This document shows positions 38,781 to 51,674 of a stretch of DNA of 64,000 nucleotides, one piece after another. The stretch's first letter is position 1. The number at the start of each line of letters is the position of its first letter. A program made the position numbers and the translations under genes. The notes below the pieces were generated by a model. The model ran no database searches. It was not told where the DNA came from and was given only the letters and a program-made list of their open reading frames with translations. The DNA lies in assembly GCA_030390025.1 (NCBI GenBank), contig CM059432.1, forward strand, positions 26,228,001-26,292,000. The letters run 5' to 3'. This stretch comes from Squalus acanthias (Eukaryota).

Positions 38781-40211
38781 TAATTCCTAAACTGTAAAGA
38801 AATAAAGTGCTTTCTTCCTTGTGAAGATAGTTTCAAGGTAGTTTAACGTATATTTTTATGCAATTTATTATCGCATTCGTTTTATGCATTCAGCCACTAA
38901 GATCATATTTGTCATTTTATTAATGTCGAAGAGAATTCAAATCCATCGCAATGAATTGCAACGTGTTAATTGATATTTTGTTATTCTTTTTGCAACAAGA
39001 ACACAAACGGGTGAGGTATTTTAACTCATTTCAGTGAGTCCGACTGAAAATAAACCATAGCTGATAGGTCTGTGATGGGTTAGGGGTGGATAAACAGTGC
39101 TTGCTGCAGGTTCACTGGGAGAAGTAGTTCAGTACTTTAGTAAGTTTCTTTTTGGGAAGTGGCAATACTGCCTCCCTGTGGTTTAACTGTTGTCTGCAGC
39201 TTTCCCAACAAACTGCTGCATTGATTGATGTGAAAGCATTTATTCAGTCAATATGAGCAATATCTCTTGTTTATTCAGTCGCATCTCTTCATATATCACT
39301 ATTGTGTCAGGATTAGCGCATCTCCGTGCAAGTATAATTAATGTGAGATTAATTAGGCATAGCATTAGAGTATCCCTCTTTTCCAATTCCCTTTAAATGA
39401 AGCGAAACTCTAATCCAGTAGATATTTTCCCCTTTTTGTCGCTTCTCTCCTGAAGGTGTTCAATTTTGCTCCAACCACCCTCAGTTGCACGCCCAAGTAG
39501 TCATTCTTCAATGAGCTATTGAGCTGTAGAGGGTATCACAGTAATATTTGATGCATCCTGATATCTCCAGCAATAATCATTGGATGCTGGTCAGGAGTGG
39601 GAACTCTGAATGTCTTTTTCCCAACTCTAGACCACAGAGACAGCGAGACTAATCGTAGTGCCTTGAGTGCTGACATCTTACTTGTAACAAAAAGAGTGTC
39701 AGGTAGAATGCAGTGATTTGATTTTTTTAAATCATATTTATTTATTAGTAAATCAAAAACCCCGAGCTTCTCGGTTTGTGCATATCTTAGCCAGAGTTGC
39801 AGTACGGCCACTACAACTGATCTCAGTACCCCTGTTCCAGAGATGGATGAAAAGAACCAGTCAGTATTCCTGCTGCTGATTGCTGCCTCGTCACCCTGCA
39901 GCAAAGTGCACATGTATGGATATCTGAATGGGGCTCAGCTGTGAGGCCAATGGGCCGGGGATGTCAATCCACCTGCTTCCCGACGTCGGCCAACTCTTCC
40001 GTGATTCAAACCTCACTCCGACACCAATCCGGTGAGATTCCCATTGTATTGGAGAATCTAGGTCTCATTGTCTAGACTCACTTGAAGATTGGACTCTTAG
40101 GTGAGTTACCTACCTGGAGGGATGTGGAACCTTAGCCCATCCTGAGCCAAGACCTTCAGGAGAGGAAGGAAGGCATTTGAAGGTTTGTTTAATTATCAAA
40201 ATCCCAGATCA

Positions 40212-40775
40212 TTTAGAATCATAGAAATTTACCGCACAGAAGGAGGCCATTCGGCCCATCGTGTCTGTGCCGGCCGAAAAAGAACTATCCAACCTAATCC
40301 CACTTTCCAGCTCTTGGTGCATAGTCTTGTAGGTTACAGCACTTCAAGTGCATATTTTTAAATGTGATGAGGGTCTCTGCCTCTACCACCCTTTCAGGCA
40401 GTGCGTTCCAGACCCCCACCACCCTCTGGGTGAAAAAAATTCTCTTCAACTCCCCTCTTAATCCTTCTACCAATTACTTTAAATCTATGTCCCCTGGTTA
40501 TTGACCTCTCTGCTAAGGGAAATAGGTCCTTCCTATCCACTCTATCTCGGCCCCTCATAATTTTATACACCTCAATTAAGCCTCCCCTCAGCCTCCTCTG
40601 TTCAAAAGAAAACAACCCCAGCCTATCCAATCTTTCCTCAGAGCTAAAATTCTCCAGTCCTGGCAACATCCTGGTAAATCTGCTCTGGTACCCTCTCTAA
40701 TGCAATCACATCTTTCCTGTAATATGGTGACCAGAACTGTATGCAGTACTCTAGCTGTGGCTTAACTAGTGTTTA
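40212..40775 (-). mobile_element. CR1 LINE 3' fragment
   Basis: ORF 40394-40669 (ERLDRLGLFSFEQRRLRG); same subfamily as 6341-8458. Confidence 0.9.
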
Positions 40776-41469
40776 ATGTCTTGATGACAATTTGCTTTGA
40801 CGGAATTACAGTTACAATTTAGCTAATATCAGAGGCCACAACAGGAAAGCTTTAATAGGTTATAAACGTCATTTGAACTCCAGGATCAGGTTACAGCATT
40901 TCACCTACTCCTTTGGTGTGTTGTTGTTTGAAGTGTTATATTATGTCCCTAGAATTTCCTGATAATCAACTGCAAATGACTGTTCAATAAACTTGCAGCA
41001 GTTATTTTCACAATTGTTCATTCTCCTGTATTTACATAATCATTTATCAATGTTGCAACTCACACTGACAGTGACTGACTGCTAGGTAAGGCCAGTCTTA
41101 CGTGCACTTAAAAAATTGAATAAACCAACCCATGAAGTTAACCATTTATAATCATTGTTTTGGAATTATGTGTCCACAAAAGGTGGGGAATGTCAGTCAG
41201 TACTGGCAGATGGAACAATTTCCATTCTGGGGCCTCAGGCCCAGCATCAAGCACTCTCAAGCCAGGTATACTGTGCTTAGGCGTAGAGTGAAGTTTCCTC
41301 TAGACTGCCACAACAACCCAATCTTAGAACAGCATCCTCCACTGCACAGTGACATTCTTCCTCGTTTCATGTGCTTTGGGACATATTGATGAGATGAAAG
41401 GAGTTTTTCTTTTTCTTTTGGATTGAGTCTGATAGTTATTTTTTTCCTGATGATGAAAATTCATTGAAA

Positions 41470-42135
41470 AGCTGAGCCATGGTTCAGCAGTAGCACTCTC
41501 GCATCTGCGTCAGAAGCTTGTGGGTTCAAGTCACACTCCAGAGAGTTGAGCACAAAATCTAGGCTGACAGTTCAGTGCAGTACTGAGGGAGTGTTGCACT
41601 GTCGGAGGTGCCATCTTTCAGATGAGACATTAAACCATGTCTGCCCTCTCAGGTGAACATAAAAGATCCCATGGCACTATTCGAAGAAGAGCAGGGGAGT
41701 TCCCACGGGTGACCTGACCAATATTTCTCCCTCAATCTATCACTAAAACAGATGATCTGGTCATTAATACTCTGCTGTTTGTGGGAGCTTGCTGTGCCCA
41801 AATTGGCTGCCGTGTTTCCTACATTACAACAGTGACTACACTTCAAAAGTACTTTATTGGCTGTAAAGTGCTTTGGGACGTTCTGAGGTTGTGACCGGGG
41901 AGAACTCACCTGCTCTTCTTCGAAATAGTGCCATGGGATCATTTACATCCACCTGAGGACAGACGGGGCCTTGAGTTAACATGTTATCCAAAAGACGCTA
42001 CCTCCAACAGTGCAGCATTCCCTCAGTACTACACTGGAGTCTCAGCCTAGATTTTCGGCTGAAGTCTCAAGTAGGACTTGAGCCCGCAACCTGCTCACTC
42101 AGAGGTGAGTGCTACCAACTGAGCCACAGCTGACA
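41470..42135. mobile_element. Two abutting DeuSINE (SacSINE1-like) copies in opposite orientation
   Basis: Plus copy at ~41470-41893. Minus-strand 5' half at ~41894-42135 (GGGAGAACTC...CCCTCAGTACTACACTGG...CTACCAACTGAGCCACAGCTGACAC). Confidence 0.78.
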
Positions 42136-42844
42136 CAAAGTACAACGCAAGAAATGTGAAGTACCCGTAACAGACCAGGTATCAACCCAGTGTAAAATTT
42201 AAGATTAGTGGAAATTAGGTCTAATTTAAACATCAGGGAGTATAGTTTCCGCTTTGGGCAGAATCTGGGCACAAGGTTTGCTTGAAATTGCGCTGGTTTT
42301 ACCAAAGTGAAGTTATGGTTCAAGTTTTGGCACAAACTTATTTGCATAATCACAAACGTAAATCTTCCATGAACCGGGCTGCGTAATAGAATGTAATTGG
42401 ATTTATTTTTCTTGGCATTAAAAAATATTACTTGATGTATTTAAGAGTGGTAATGTGGTGCAGTTTATTAATACAGTTGAAATTGGGTTTATCACAAAAA
42501 ATAAGCATTATTAATAAGAGTGTCTCATCCACCACCTTTGAGTAACCTGATTTTAAATCATGGAAGATGACTTTTTTTTAAAAACTAACTGAACCATTTA
42601 CTAGCTTTATTGGTGTACACTAGTCAGTTTAATGTGCCTACGAGTGCCTTTGCGCCTAAAAACACAAGCTTAATTTGAAGAGCCTCCTTGAACGGTCGTA
42701 AACGGGCGCTTTCGGCAGAAACTTGCCACGCTCAATATTTCGATCTGGGGGCATTTTGTGGGTGGGGCCGGCTTCCAGCACAATGTTTTTTAACCAGTGT
42801 TAAGATCGCGGGAACTTTCCTCAGTCTTCCCTTTTTCCTACAAT

Positions 42845-43625
42845 CTACATAGAATCATAGAATCATAGAATCATAGAAGATAGGAGCAGGAGTAGGCCAT
42901 TCGGCCCCTCTAGCCTGTTCTGCCATTCAATGCGATCATGGTTGATCATCCAAATTCAGTACCCTGTCCCAGCTTTCTCCCCATATCCCTTGATACCTTT
43001 AGCCTTAAGAAATATATCCAACTCCTTCTTGAATCTATTTAATGAATTGGCCTCTACTGCCTACTGTGGCAGAGAATTCCACAGGTTCACCACTCTCTGG
43101 GTGAAGAAATTCCTCCTCATTTCTGTCCTAAATGGCTTACCCCTTATCCTTAGACTGTGACCCCTGGTTCTGGACTCCCCGACCATCGGGAACATCCTTC
43201 CTGCATCTAGTTTGTCCTGTCCTGTCAGAATTTTATAAGTTTCAATGAGATCCCCTCTCATTCTTCTAAACTCCAGCGAGTATAAGCCCAATCGACCCAA
43301 TCTCTCTTCATACGTCATTCCTGCCATCCCAGGTATCAGCCTTGTGAATCTTCGCTGAACTCCTTCCATGGCAAGAACATCCTTCCTCAGATAAGGCGAC
43401 CAAAACTGCACACAGTACTCAAGGTGTGGTCTCACCAAGGCCCTGTACAACTGCAGCAAGACATCCTTGTTCCTGTACTCAAACCCTCTCGCTATGAAGG
43501 CCAACATACCATTTGCCTTCTTAACCACCTGCTGCACCTGCATGCTTACCTTCAGCGACTGGTGCACAAGGACACCCAGGTCTCGTTGCACTTCCCCTTC
43601 TCCCAATCTATTGCCATTCAGATAA
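42845..43625 (-). mobile_element. CR1 (HER1-like) LINE 3' fragment
   Basis: ORF 43061-43606 (QRDLGVLV, RPHLEYCVQFWSP, FFTQRVVNLWNSLP); (CATAGAAT)n tail. Confidence 0.92.
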
Positions 43626-43737
43626 TAACAGTCTTTTAAAATCTAAATTTGGCATTACCTAACCATTAGTTATTGTTTTGCTTCATCTTCCCTGCTCTAT
43701 GGGGTGTTGAAACTCGCAAATGTAAATTATCAACTCG

Positions 43738-43868
43738 GGAACATAAGAACATAAGAATTAGGAACAGGAGTAGGCCACACGGCCCCTCGAGCCTGCTCTG
43801 CCATTCAATAAGATCATGGCTGATCTTTGACCTCAACTCCACCTTCCCACCCGATCCCTAGATCCCTT
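43738..43868 (-). mobile_element. CR1-type 3' tail fragment
   Basis: (AACATAAG)n tail and GGAGTAGGCC...GAGCCTGCTCTGCCATTCAAT stem. Confidence 0.75.
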
Positions 43869-43894
43869 GCTTACCTATCTGCAACTACAAGTGG

Positions 43895-45385
43895 AAATCA
43901 TAGAATAGTACAGCACAGAAGGAGACCATTTGGCCCATCGAGTCTGCACCGGCTCTTTCGAAGAGCAATCCAGTTAGTCTCACTCCCCTGCTCTTTCTCC
44001 ATATCCCTGCAAGTATTTATCCAATTCCCTTTTGAAGGCTACTATTGAATCTGTTTCCACCACCCTATCAGGCAGTGCATTCCAAATCCTAACCACTCAT
44101 TGTGTAAAAAGGTTTTTCCTCATGTCGCCTCTGGTTCTTTTGCCAATCATCTTAAATCTGTGCCCTCTGGTTAGCGATCCTTCAGCCATTGGAAACAGTT
44201 TCTCTTTATTTACTCTATCTAAACCCATCATGATTTTAAACACCTCAATTAAATCTCCTCTTCGCCTTTTCTGCTCTAAAGCGGAACAACCCCAGCTTCT
44301 CCAATCTACCCACCTAACTGAAGTCCTTCATCCCTGGAACCATTCTAGTAAATCTCTTCTGTACTCTCTCCAAAGCCTTCACATCCTTCCTAAAGTGTGG
44401 TGCCCAGAATTGGACACAATACTCCAGCTGGGGTTGATCTAGTGTTTTATATAGATTTAGTATAATTTCCTGGCTTTTGTACTCTATGCCTCTATTTATA
44501 AAGCTTAGGATCCCATATGCTTTATTAACTGCTTTGTTATCCTGTCCTGTCACCTTCAAAGATTTGTGCACAAATACCCCAAGGTCTCTCTCTTCTTGCA
44601 TCCCCTTTAAAATTGCACCATTTAGCTTGTATTGTCTCTCCTCATTCTTCCTCACATTTTTCTGCATTGAATTCCATCTGCCATGTGTCCGCCAATTTCA
44701 CCAGCCTGTCCATGTCCCCTCGAAGTCCAGTACCATCTTCCTCACTGTTTACTACACTTCCAAGTTTCGGGTCATCTGCAAATTTCAAAATTGTGCCCTG
44801 TACCCCAAGTCCAAGTCATTAATGCATATCAAAACCAGCAGTGGTCCTAGTACTGAACCCTGGGGAACTCCTCTGTATATCTCCCTCCAGTCTGAAAAAC
44901 AGCCATTAACCACAACTCTCTGTTTTCTATCCCTCAGCAAATTTTGTATCCATGCTGCTACTACCCCTTTTATCTCATGGGCTTCAATTTTGCTAACAAG
45001 CTTAATATGTCGTACTTTATGAAAGTCCATATACACAACACCAACTGCACTACCATGATCCACCCTCTCTGTTACCTCATCAAAAAACTCAATAAAGTTA
45101 GTCAAACAAGATTTGCCCTTAACAAATCTGTGCTGGTTCTCCTTTATCAGTCCATGCTTGTCCAAGTGGCTGTTAATTTTCTCCTGGATTATTGTTTCTA
45201 AAAGCTTCCCTACCACCGACGTTAAACTGACTGGCCTGTAACCGACAGGTCCATCCTTCTCCCCTTTTTTCGAACAAGGGTGCAACGTTTTCAATCCTCC
45301 AGTCCTCTGGCACCACCCGTGTATCCAAGGAAGACTGAGGCCAGCACCGCCACAACTTCCACTCCCACTTCCCTCAGCAACCTTT
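43895..45385 (-). mobile_element. 5'-truncated decayed CR1 LINE
   Basis: ORFs 44314-44667 and 44785-45294 ([20 protein letters not shown]); 3' UTR and tail. Confidence 0.9.
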
Positions 45386-45537
45386 CAAAGTAGTGGCATA
45401 GATTTTAAGCAAAAGAAATGCTCTCAAAAGTGCAGAAAACCAACTATGTAACAAGGATATCTGCCACATCCTAGCTAAAGTCCAGAGTATACTCTATTTA
45501 ATAAGATGGATGATCTACATGAGCACACCAGATACAG

Positions 45538-47306
45538 GGGGCTGGATTTTCCCAGCAGAGGCGGGTTCGCGGCGGGAGTGCTGGTTGGCGGGTTCCGGTC
45601 CCGCTCCTAGCTGCAGCCACTCTGTCAAAAGGATTTTCCGTTGATAGGGCTTGTTAAGCCCGCCTTGCGGGGTTCCCGGCCAATTAAAATGAAGCGTGTC
45701 TGATGACATCATTTGATGACGCGTCATCAGCCGGTTTCCTTAAAGGGACCACAGCCACATTGATTTTGACAGTTGTTCTGTTAGTGTTCTGCAGCATTGA
45801 GGTGCTGCAAACACTGACAAGCACTGCACAAAGGTGCACGGCTGCACCCAGGCTCTCGCATGACTCCCTCCACATGCTTATGGAGGGAGTCACAGCACGC
45901 AGGGAGATTCTCTTCCCTTCCCATGGGCGGAAGAGACCTCCCCAGGACACCAACACAACCTGGTTGCACATTGCACAGGAGGGCAAAGGCAGGGATGTCG
46001 TCAGGACGACCAGGCTGCAGTGGCACCAACCTTTCAATGATCTCAGTAGATCACGAAACGTTACTGCAAAGCCATACTCAACCTCAACCTGCTGTGCTAC
46101 TCATCACATCCCCATCACTCTGCCTTCCCTACCTTACTCCTGCACATCCTTACTCACACCAACTTACCTTGCACCTCCACCCATCCCTCTCTCTCTATAT
46201 TATCACTTCCCCATCTCACTAGCCACCCCTCACACTCACCCTCATCCTAGTCCAATCATTCCAACTAACAACACACAAGGGTAGGCACTCGGGTGTTTTA
46301 TGCAATGTTCATGTAAATTTTCTGTTAATGAGTTGTCAAACATTGAAATCTTTATTTTCAACACTTTGCCTTATTGTACAGATCTGTGCTCACCTTTGGA
46401 AGTGTCTTAGTGAGTTGCAGTGAATGGTGAGACATAACGGTACCCCCTGCAATGGTGATGAGTGTGAAAGGAATGGCTTGGTCATTATAGGAATGCTTTA
46501 TGGTGTTGGTTTGGGGTGGTGCCAACCTGGCGCATCATGTGGCAGCCAAGGTGTACAGCGTCAAGTGAAGTAAATCTGGCCATGGTGATGCCATCGCTGG
46601 CCTCCCAGGCAGCAATGTGGTCGGGTGCTGATACCCTGTGTCCTGTGCAGCATCAGGTGATTGCGGAGAAGTTGTGTTGTTGTTGGTGATGTTGGTGTTG
46701 GGGCTGATCGTGGTGGGATTCTGAGGAGCAAGGTGAGATTTTTTCAAGGGCACCGATGCTGCTGGAATAGATGGCAGCTGAAGTTGAGATGACAGAAGCG
46801 ATCTGTCAATGATGAGAGAGTTTGCTCCAAGGAGGTGACAGTGGATAGAGAGTTTACTCCAAACATTTCCAAACTGCATACAGCTCAAAAGTGTTTTCCA
46901 AGTCCTGAAGGCTCAGGTTCTGACATTGGAAAGTGACCAGCTGTGAAATGGTAGCTTTCATACCACTTTTGCAGCTGTCACCTATTCACAGCAATGGGGA
47001 GACATAGAGAACCCAACCTACTTATCTGACATTATCTCCAAACAACAGGAACCCCGTTAAAAATGTGGTAAAATAGAAAAAGGCTGGCAAAATAGTAGTT
47101 AACAAGCACTTATCAAGTAGTTAACTATCTTAAATGCCTCACCCGCCACTTGGTCTCGGGTCTGTTCTGAAATCGCAGACCCGATACTTTGGAAACTGAC
47201 ATTGAGGTGGGATCGCGGCGGGTTCCCAATCTGCCGTCAATCATTTCGAATTTAACAGCGGAGCCGCCTCTGAACCCGCCCTCTGAGCGCCGGCAAAATC
47301 GCGGCC
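45538..47306 (+). mobile_element. Non-autonomous Harbinger element (family A, least interrupted copy)
   Basis: Ends GGGGCTGGATTTT / AAAATCGCGGCC. The plus strand encodes a Myb/SANT-like segment (APRLSHDSLHMLMEGVTARREILFPSHGRKRPPQDTNTTWLHIAQE...QWHQPFNDLSRS). The minus strand retains a transposase-like C-terminal tail (REASDGITMARF at ~46570-46610). Confidence 0.82.
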
Positions 47307-47719
47307 AGGGACTTTAGATTTACAGAAATAGCTGAAGAAGCTTTATTTCTGATTCTGTAGATGTGATTCTCAATCTCCAAACACCTGAATTCAATGTGAA
47401 AAAAGCACATCAGCTCCGTACCCCACCTGAGACATCAACCAGTCAAACCAAGGATTCATCCTAACCGACTGAAGCTGCTAGGAATACACCAGCAATATTT
47501 TCTTCAATAAGAGTTTCTAGAGTTTTGTTTTTTCAGAGACTGTTTCTCTGGCCAGTTTCATTACAAGATAGCTCGCCCACCCTGGGCTACTTCACATAGT
47601 TGGTGAGAGCTTAACCACTTCTTCCCGATCCCTACTGGTGCCTCAGGTCATTCATGACTGAAACTAAAGCAGGAAACCCTTTCAAGTAGTGATCGAAGGA
47701 AAGCACAGTGTGCAGTCCA

Positions 47720-47935
47720 ATATAGAAACAGAAAATGCTGGAAGCACTCAGCAGGCCAGGCAGCACCCATGGAGAAAGAAACAGAGTCAACGCCTCAGGT
47801 CGACGACCCCGCGTCAGAACTGGAAAAAGCCATGTAACAGATTTTAAGCCGGTGCAGAGGCAGGGAAAGGGGCAAGGGGAGGAAAGAACGAAAGGGAAGG
47901 TCTGTGATAGGGTGGAAGACAGGAGTGATTGAATG
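47720..47935 (-). repeat. Penelope-type repeat fragment with degenerate hammerhead core
   Basis: Homologous to 4770-4970; the core reads CUGACGC...GAGGCG (mutated). Confidence 0.55.
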
Positions 47936-48354
47936 ACGAAAGGGCTGATAGTACAAAGGGAAGAGTTTTAAAATTTGAGCAAAAACTCTCATCAACGGTC
48001 TGCCAAATAAAAGGTATACGTTTGCACAAGAAAATGCCAGTATTGTACTTCTGCATTGGCATCAGCTGCAGTACTGACATGTGCAGAACTAAACCCAATG
48101 GCCTAACATTCTCCAGTGTTATGTTCAGAGTGGACTAGATCCACGGCATAGGTCAACTTCAAATTAAAGCTGGCTTCATTTGGATGCATATCAAATTAAA
48201 ATTTGCAATGTTTACGTGCTGCACTTTTGGCATGCATTCACAGTCAACCCAAACTGGCTGATCCCGTCACATACATCAGGCCACCAGGAATGAATGTAAT
48301 GGATTAAATCTGATGCACAGTGTGTTCACATTGATTTTTTTTCAGGGAATAGTC

Positions 48355-48740
48355 TCATGCCTCATTGGATAACTGCACTTTGGTGTAGTACTGAACCACA
48401 TTGACCAGGAAGGATTCCAGGTTCAAACTCTGAACTGAGCTGAGTTACCAGATATCCGCCGAGGTTGGGATGGAGGCCCCGCATAAGGTTGGCGGGGGGA
48501 AAAATTCAGTAAATATTCCCTCTACTGATCGCTGTCCAGTAATCCCTGCTGGGAAGTTTACACAGGGAGATAAAAGGTAAGGGTAGGATCTGGCTCAGCT
48601 GTGGTCTCCACATTCTCTGTCGCACTCTCTGTCTCAGCTCACACAAAAAGAATGATCATTTTAGCAGGCTGCCTGAGAATGGTTGGTGTCCATGGATTTG
48701 TGCACCAGCAAGAGCCAGTGTCAACAGGAGCAGAAACAAA
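48355..48740 (+). repeat. Ancient SINE-like repeat (unclassified)
   Basis: Shares blocks (GACCAGGAAGG..CCAGGTTC, GAGTTA.C.GAT.TC, GGCTCAGCTGTG) with 49310-49560 and 39770-39950, and in reverse with ~5135-5390 and ~39440-39620. Confidence 0.4.
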
Positions 48741-49987
48741 AAATTCTTATTCTTATTTGATGCGGTTTTATCTAGATTTTAAAAATGCGGATCAAAAACT
48801 TTCTCTTGAAGCAACACTTTTTAAAATTGGTAGATTTGTAATATGATATAATTTGCAATTATACATAATAGATTATTGAAGAGCAGCTGCCTTTTATACT
48901 TTGAAAATGAAAAAAAAATTAACTTCTGAGGTACAAATGGAAACATATCTCCTCCTCACAACGTTGAAGTCTGAATGGTCTCACGAGGAGTTGATCCAGA
49001 CTGCTCTCAGGCAGATTGAAGTATCCAGACTGACAGTAACATTGATAGAGGCTCAAAAGAATCTCTGGGTAAAGGAATGTTGCTCAGACAAACCAATCCA
49101 GCATTTTATAAAAAGTGGGGGGAAAAAGAGGAGTGCAAAAACAGTTAGTGGTTTGTTGAAAAGTAAATCACCCAATTAATACCAGACATGGAAGCGCTGC
49201 CACATGAGGTAATTTATTTTTCTATAAATTACAGGGTTACATGGTGTGTTTTTATTTTTACTTCATTGTTTATTTAAGTTATATTTTAAAGATTAAGACA
49301 AGCTCCTTCACCAAGCAGTTGAACTATACAGATGAGGAAGGTCCCAGGTTTCATCTTTCATCAGTATTGAGTTAGCTGATCTCAGAAGGGGGGACAGTGG
49401 TATGGGGGCTATAATTGGCTCCATCACTTTGAGGTATGGAGAGAAAGTCTACTAGGAATACTGCTGCAGATTGTATCCAGCAAGTATATGAACATCAGGC
49501 GAGAATAGGATCAAGCTCAGCTGAAGTGCTGAGCATTCTGTTGACAGGCACTGCCTAGGACCGTACAATCTCCCAGAAACCTCCATTCCCATTGCTAACT
49601 AAGATAGTCATGCAGAATGTTGAATATATCTGAAATAAAAAGAAAAAATTCTGGAACTGCACAGCTGGCAGATCAGCATCCATAAGAGAAAAGATAAGTG
49701 AACAAAAGATAAGTGAATTTCTATTTCATGTGCGTTCTTGTATTGAAATTGTTGATCAACATATTAACTGCTTTTACTGGGAGTCTAATTCACAAATCCA
49801 TAAATTGTTAAGGAAAAATGGTGGAAGGCTGCAGTGTGGTCCATGGTGAGGTTATTGTACTATGATGCAGTTGACACAGCAGTTAGGACACTCAATGTGG
49901 AAGGCAACTGAAGCACACACTAACTTCATGCAGAAAACAATTGAGGGCCATTACTGGGTACAGTCATCACCAGGTCACTCTGATACA

Positions 49988-50595
49988 TGGACCATGTACA
50001 GCAGGCACCTCAAAGCACTGGAGAGGTACCACCAACGCTGCCTCCGCAAGATCCTGCAAATCCATTGGCAGGATAGGCGCACCAACGTCCGTGTTCTTGC
50101 TCAGGCTAACATCCCCAGCATCGAAACTTTGACCACGCTCGATCAGCTCCGATGGACGGGTCAGATTGTCCGCATGCCCGATACGAGACTCCCAAAACAA
50201 GCGCTCTACTCGGAGCTCCGGCACGGCAAGAGAGCCAAAGATGGGCAGAGGAAATGCTTCAAGGGCACCCTCAAAGCCTCCTTGAAAAAGTGTAACATCC
50301 CCACCGACACCTGGGAATCCCTGGCCCAAGACCGCACAAAGTGGAGGAGAAACATCCGGGAAGGCGCCGAACACCTCGAGTCTCTTCGCCAGGAGCAAGC
50401 GGAAGCCAAGTGCAGGCAGCGCAAGGAGCGCACGTCAACCCAAGCACCCCACCCACCTGCCCCTTCAACCACCGTCTGCCCCACCTGTGACAGAGACTGT
50501 AGGTCCCACATTGGACTCATCAGTCACCTGAGAACTCATTTTTAACGTGGAAGCAAGTCATCCTCGGTTCCGAGGGACTGCCTAAGAAGAAGAAG
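49988..50595 (+). mobile_element. RTE-clade LINE 3' fragment
   Basis: TWTMYSRHLKALERYHQRCLRKILQIHWQDRRTN...LRWTG.IVRMPDTRLPKQALYSEL; C-terminal C2H2 CPTCDRDCRSHIGLISHLRTH; (GAA)n tail; 11-bp TSD ACTCTGATACA (49977-49987, 50596-50606). Confidence 0.9.
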
Positions 50596-50850
50596 ACTCT
50601 GATACACCTTTTTATTTGAGAAACCTGCGTGAAAGGCAAAGGCCCACAGTGCATATAGCACCAAGGTTGAAAAGAGTAGGAGAAAAGACAGGATACATTA
50701 AGAAGTAGTTATTGGTGATGCCAAGCTTGATTTGTTTTTAAAGCCAGTAGATTGTATGAGGAAGGGAATACTAAGGGAGATAAGGAGCTCCACAGTTTTG
50801 AAATCCTGGCTAGAAAATAATAAATTAGAGTAAGACTGCAATAAGTCTTG

Positions 50851-51632
50851 GGGGGTGATTTTGTCAATGGGGGCGTGTTGGAGGCGGGACTGCTGCTTGT
50901 CAGGTTTCAGTCCCGCCTCCATCGGCTTGTGGCCAACCCACGCTATTTTCCCTTGATTGACCTTGTTAAGCCCGCCCAGCGGGCTTAGCAGGCCAATTAA
51001 GGGAAAGCCGGTTACAGAGAACGTCAGCTTATGACGTTTCATCTGTCAAAAATTTTTGACAGATGAATTGTCATCGTTTGACAGCTCTGTGAAGCTGACA
51101 AACACTGACATTCTCTGCTGTTTGACGAGTTCTTGTATTCAAGACTCATCAAACCTCTTTTGTGAGCAGAAATCAGTTGGCTGTTGCATCAGAGAATGCA
51201 GCAGCCATCTGTCATCTCTGCTGGTGAGATGTGGGAGTCTCCGGTTCCCCAACTGTTGAAGCCTGCAGGAAGAAACAAAGGTAAGTAAACATTTTCTATC
51301 ACTTTACACTCACCTCACATACTTACCTCTCCACACTTGCACCCATCACTTACCACCACAGCGCACTTTTGGACCCCTCCGATCCCCGCAGACCCACTGC
51401 TCGCCTCGGTGACCCTGGCAGGGTTTCCCGACGTCGGGAAGCCCGCGCCTCTGGTGGAAAAATGGCTGTAATCCCCTTCCCGCCTCCAGGAGACGGGACC
51501 CCGCACGGGTCGGCTACCCGCCTCCTGGGAAGATGGCACAGAGGCGGGTTGGGTACCCGCCCCCAGATTCTGCCATTTTCCTGGCAGTCCCGCCTCCAAA
51601 CCCGCCTCCCCAGAGCTGGCAAAATCCAGCCC
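50851..51632. mobile_element. Harbinger-type MITE
   Basis: Ends GGGGGTGATTTTG / CAAAATCCAGCCC; 3-bp flanks TTG/TCG; subterminal GGAGGCGGG/CCCGCCTCC motifs as in family A. Confidence 0.72.
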
Positions 51633-51674
51633 TCGATTTCAACACAGTGAAGATGAAGGGAAGAGTGTGAAGAA

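Noticed and set aside
42845..42880. Short tandem 8-mers (CATAGAAT)n as a CRISPR-like or novel array
   Set aside because: These are ordinary CR1 3' tail microsatellites with no spacers.
48901..49215. Plus-strand exon (92-aa ORF with a nearby GAG|GTAATT donor)
   Set aside because: No recognisable homology or clear acceptor; cannot be supported without transcript data.
49862..50545. 227-aa C2H2 zinc-finger host gene
   Set aside because: It is the RTE ORF C-terminus; the first ~40 residues come from flanking DNA outside the TSD.
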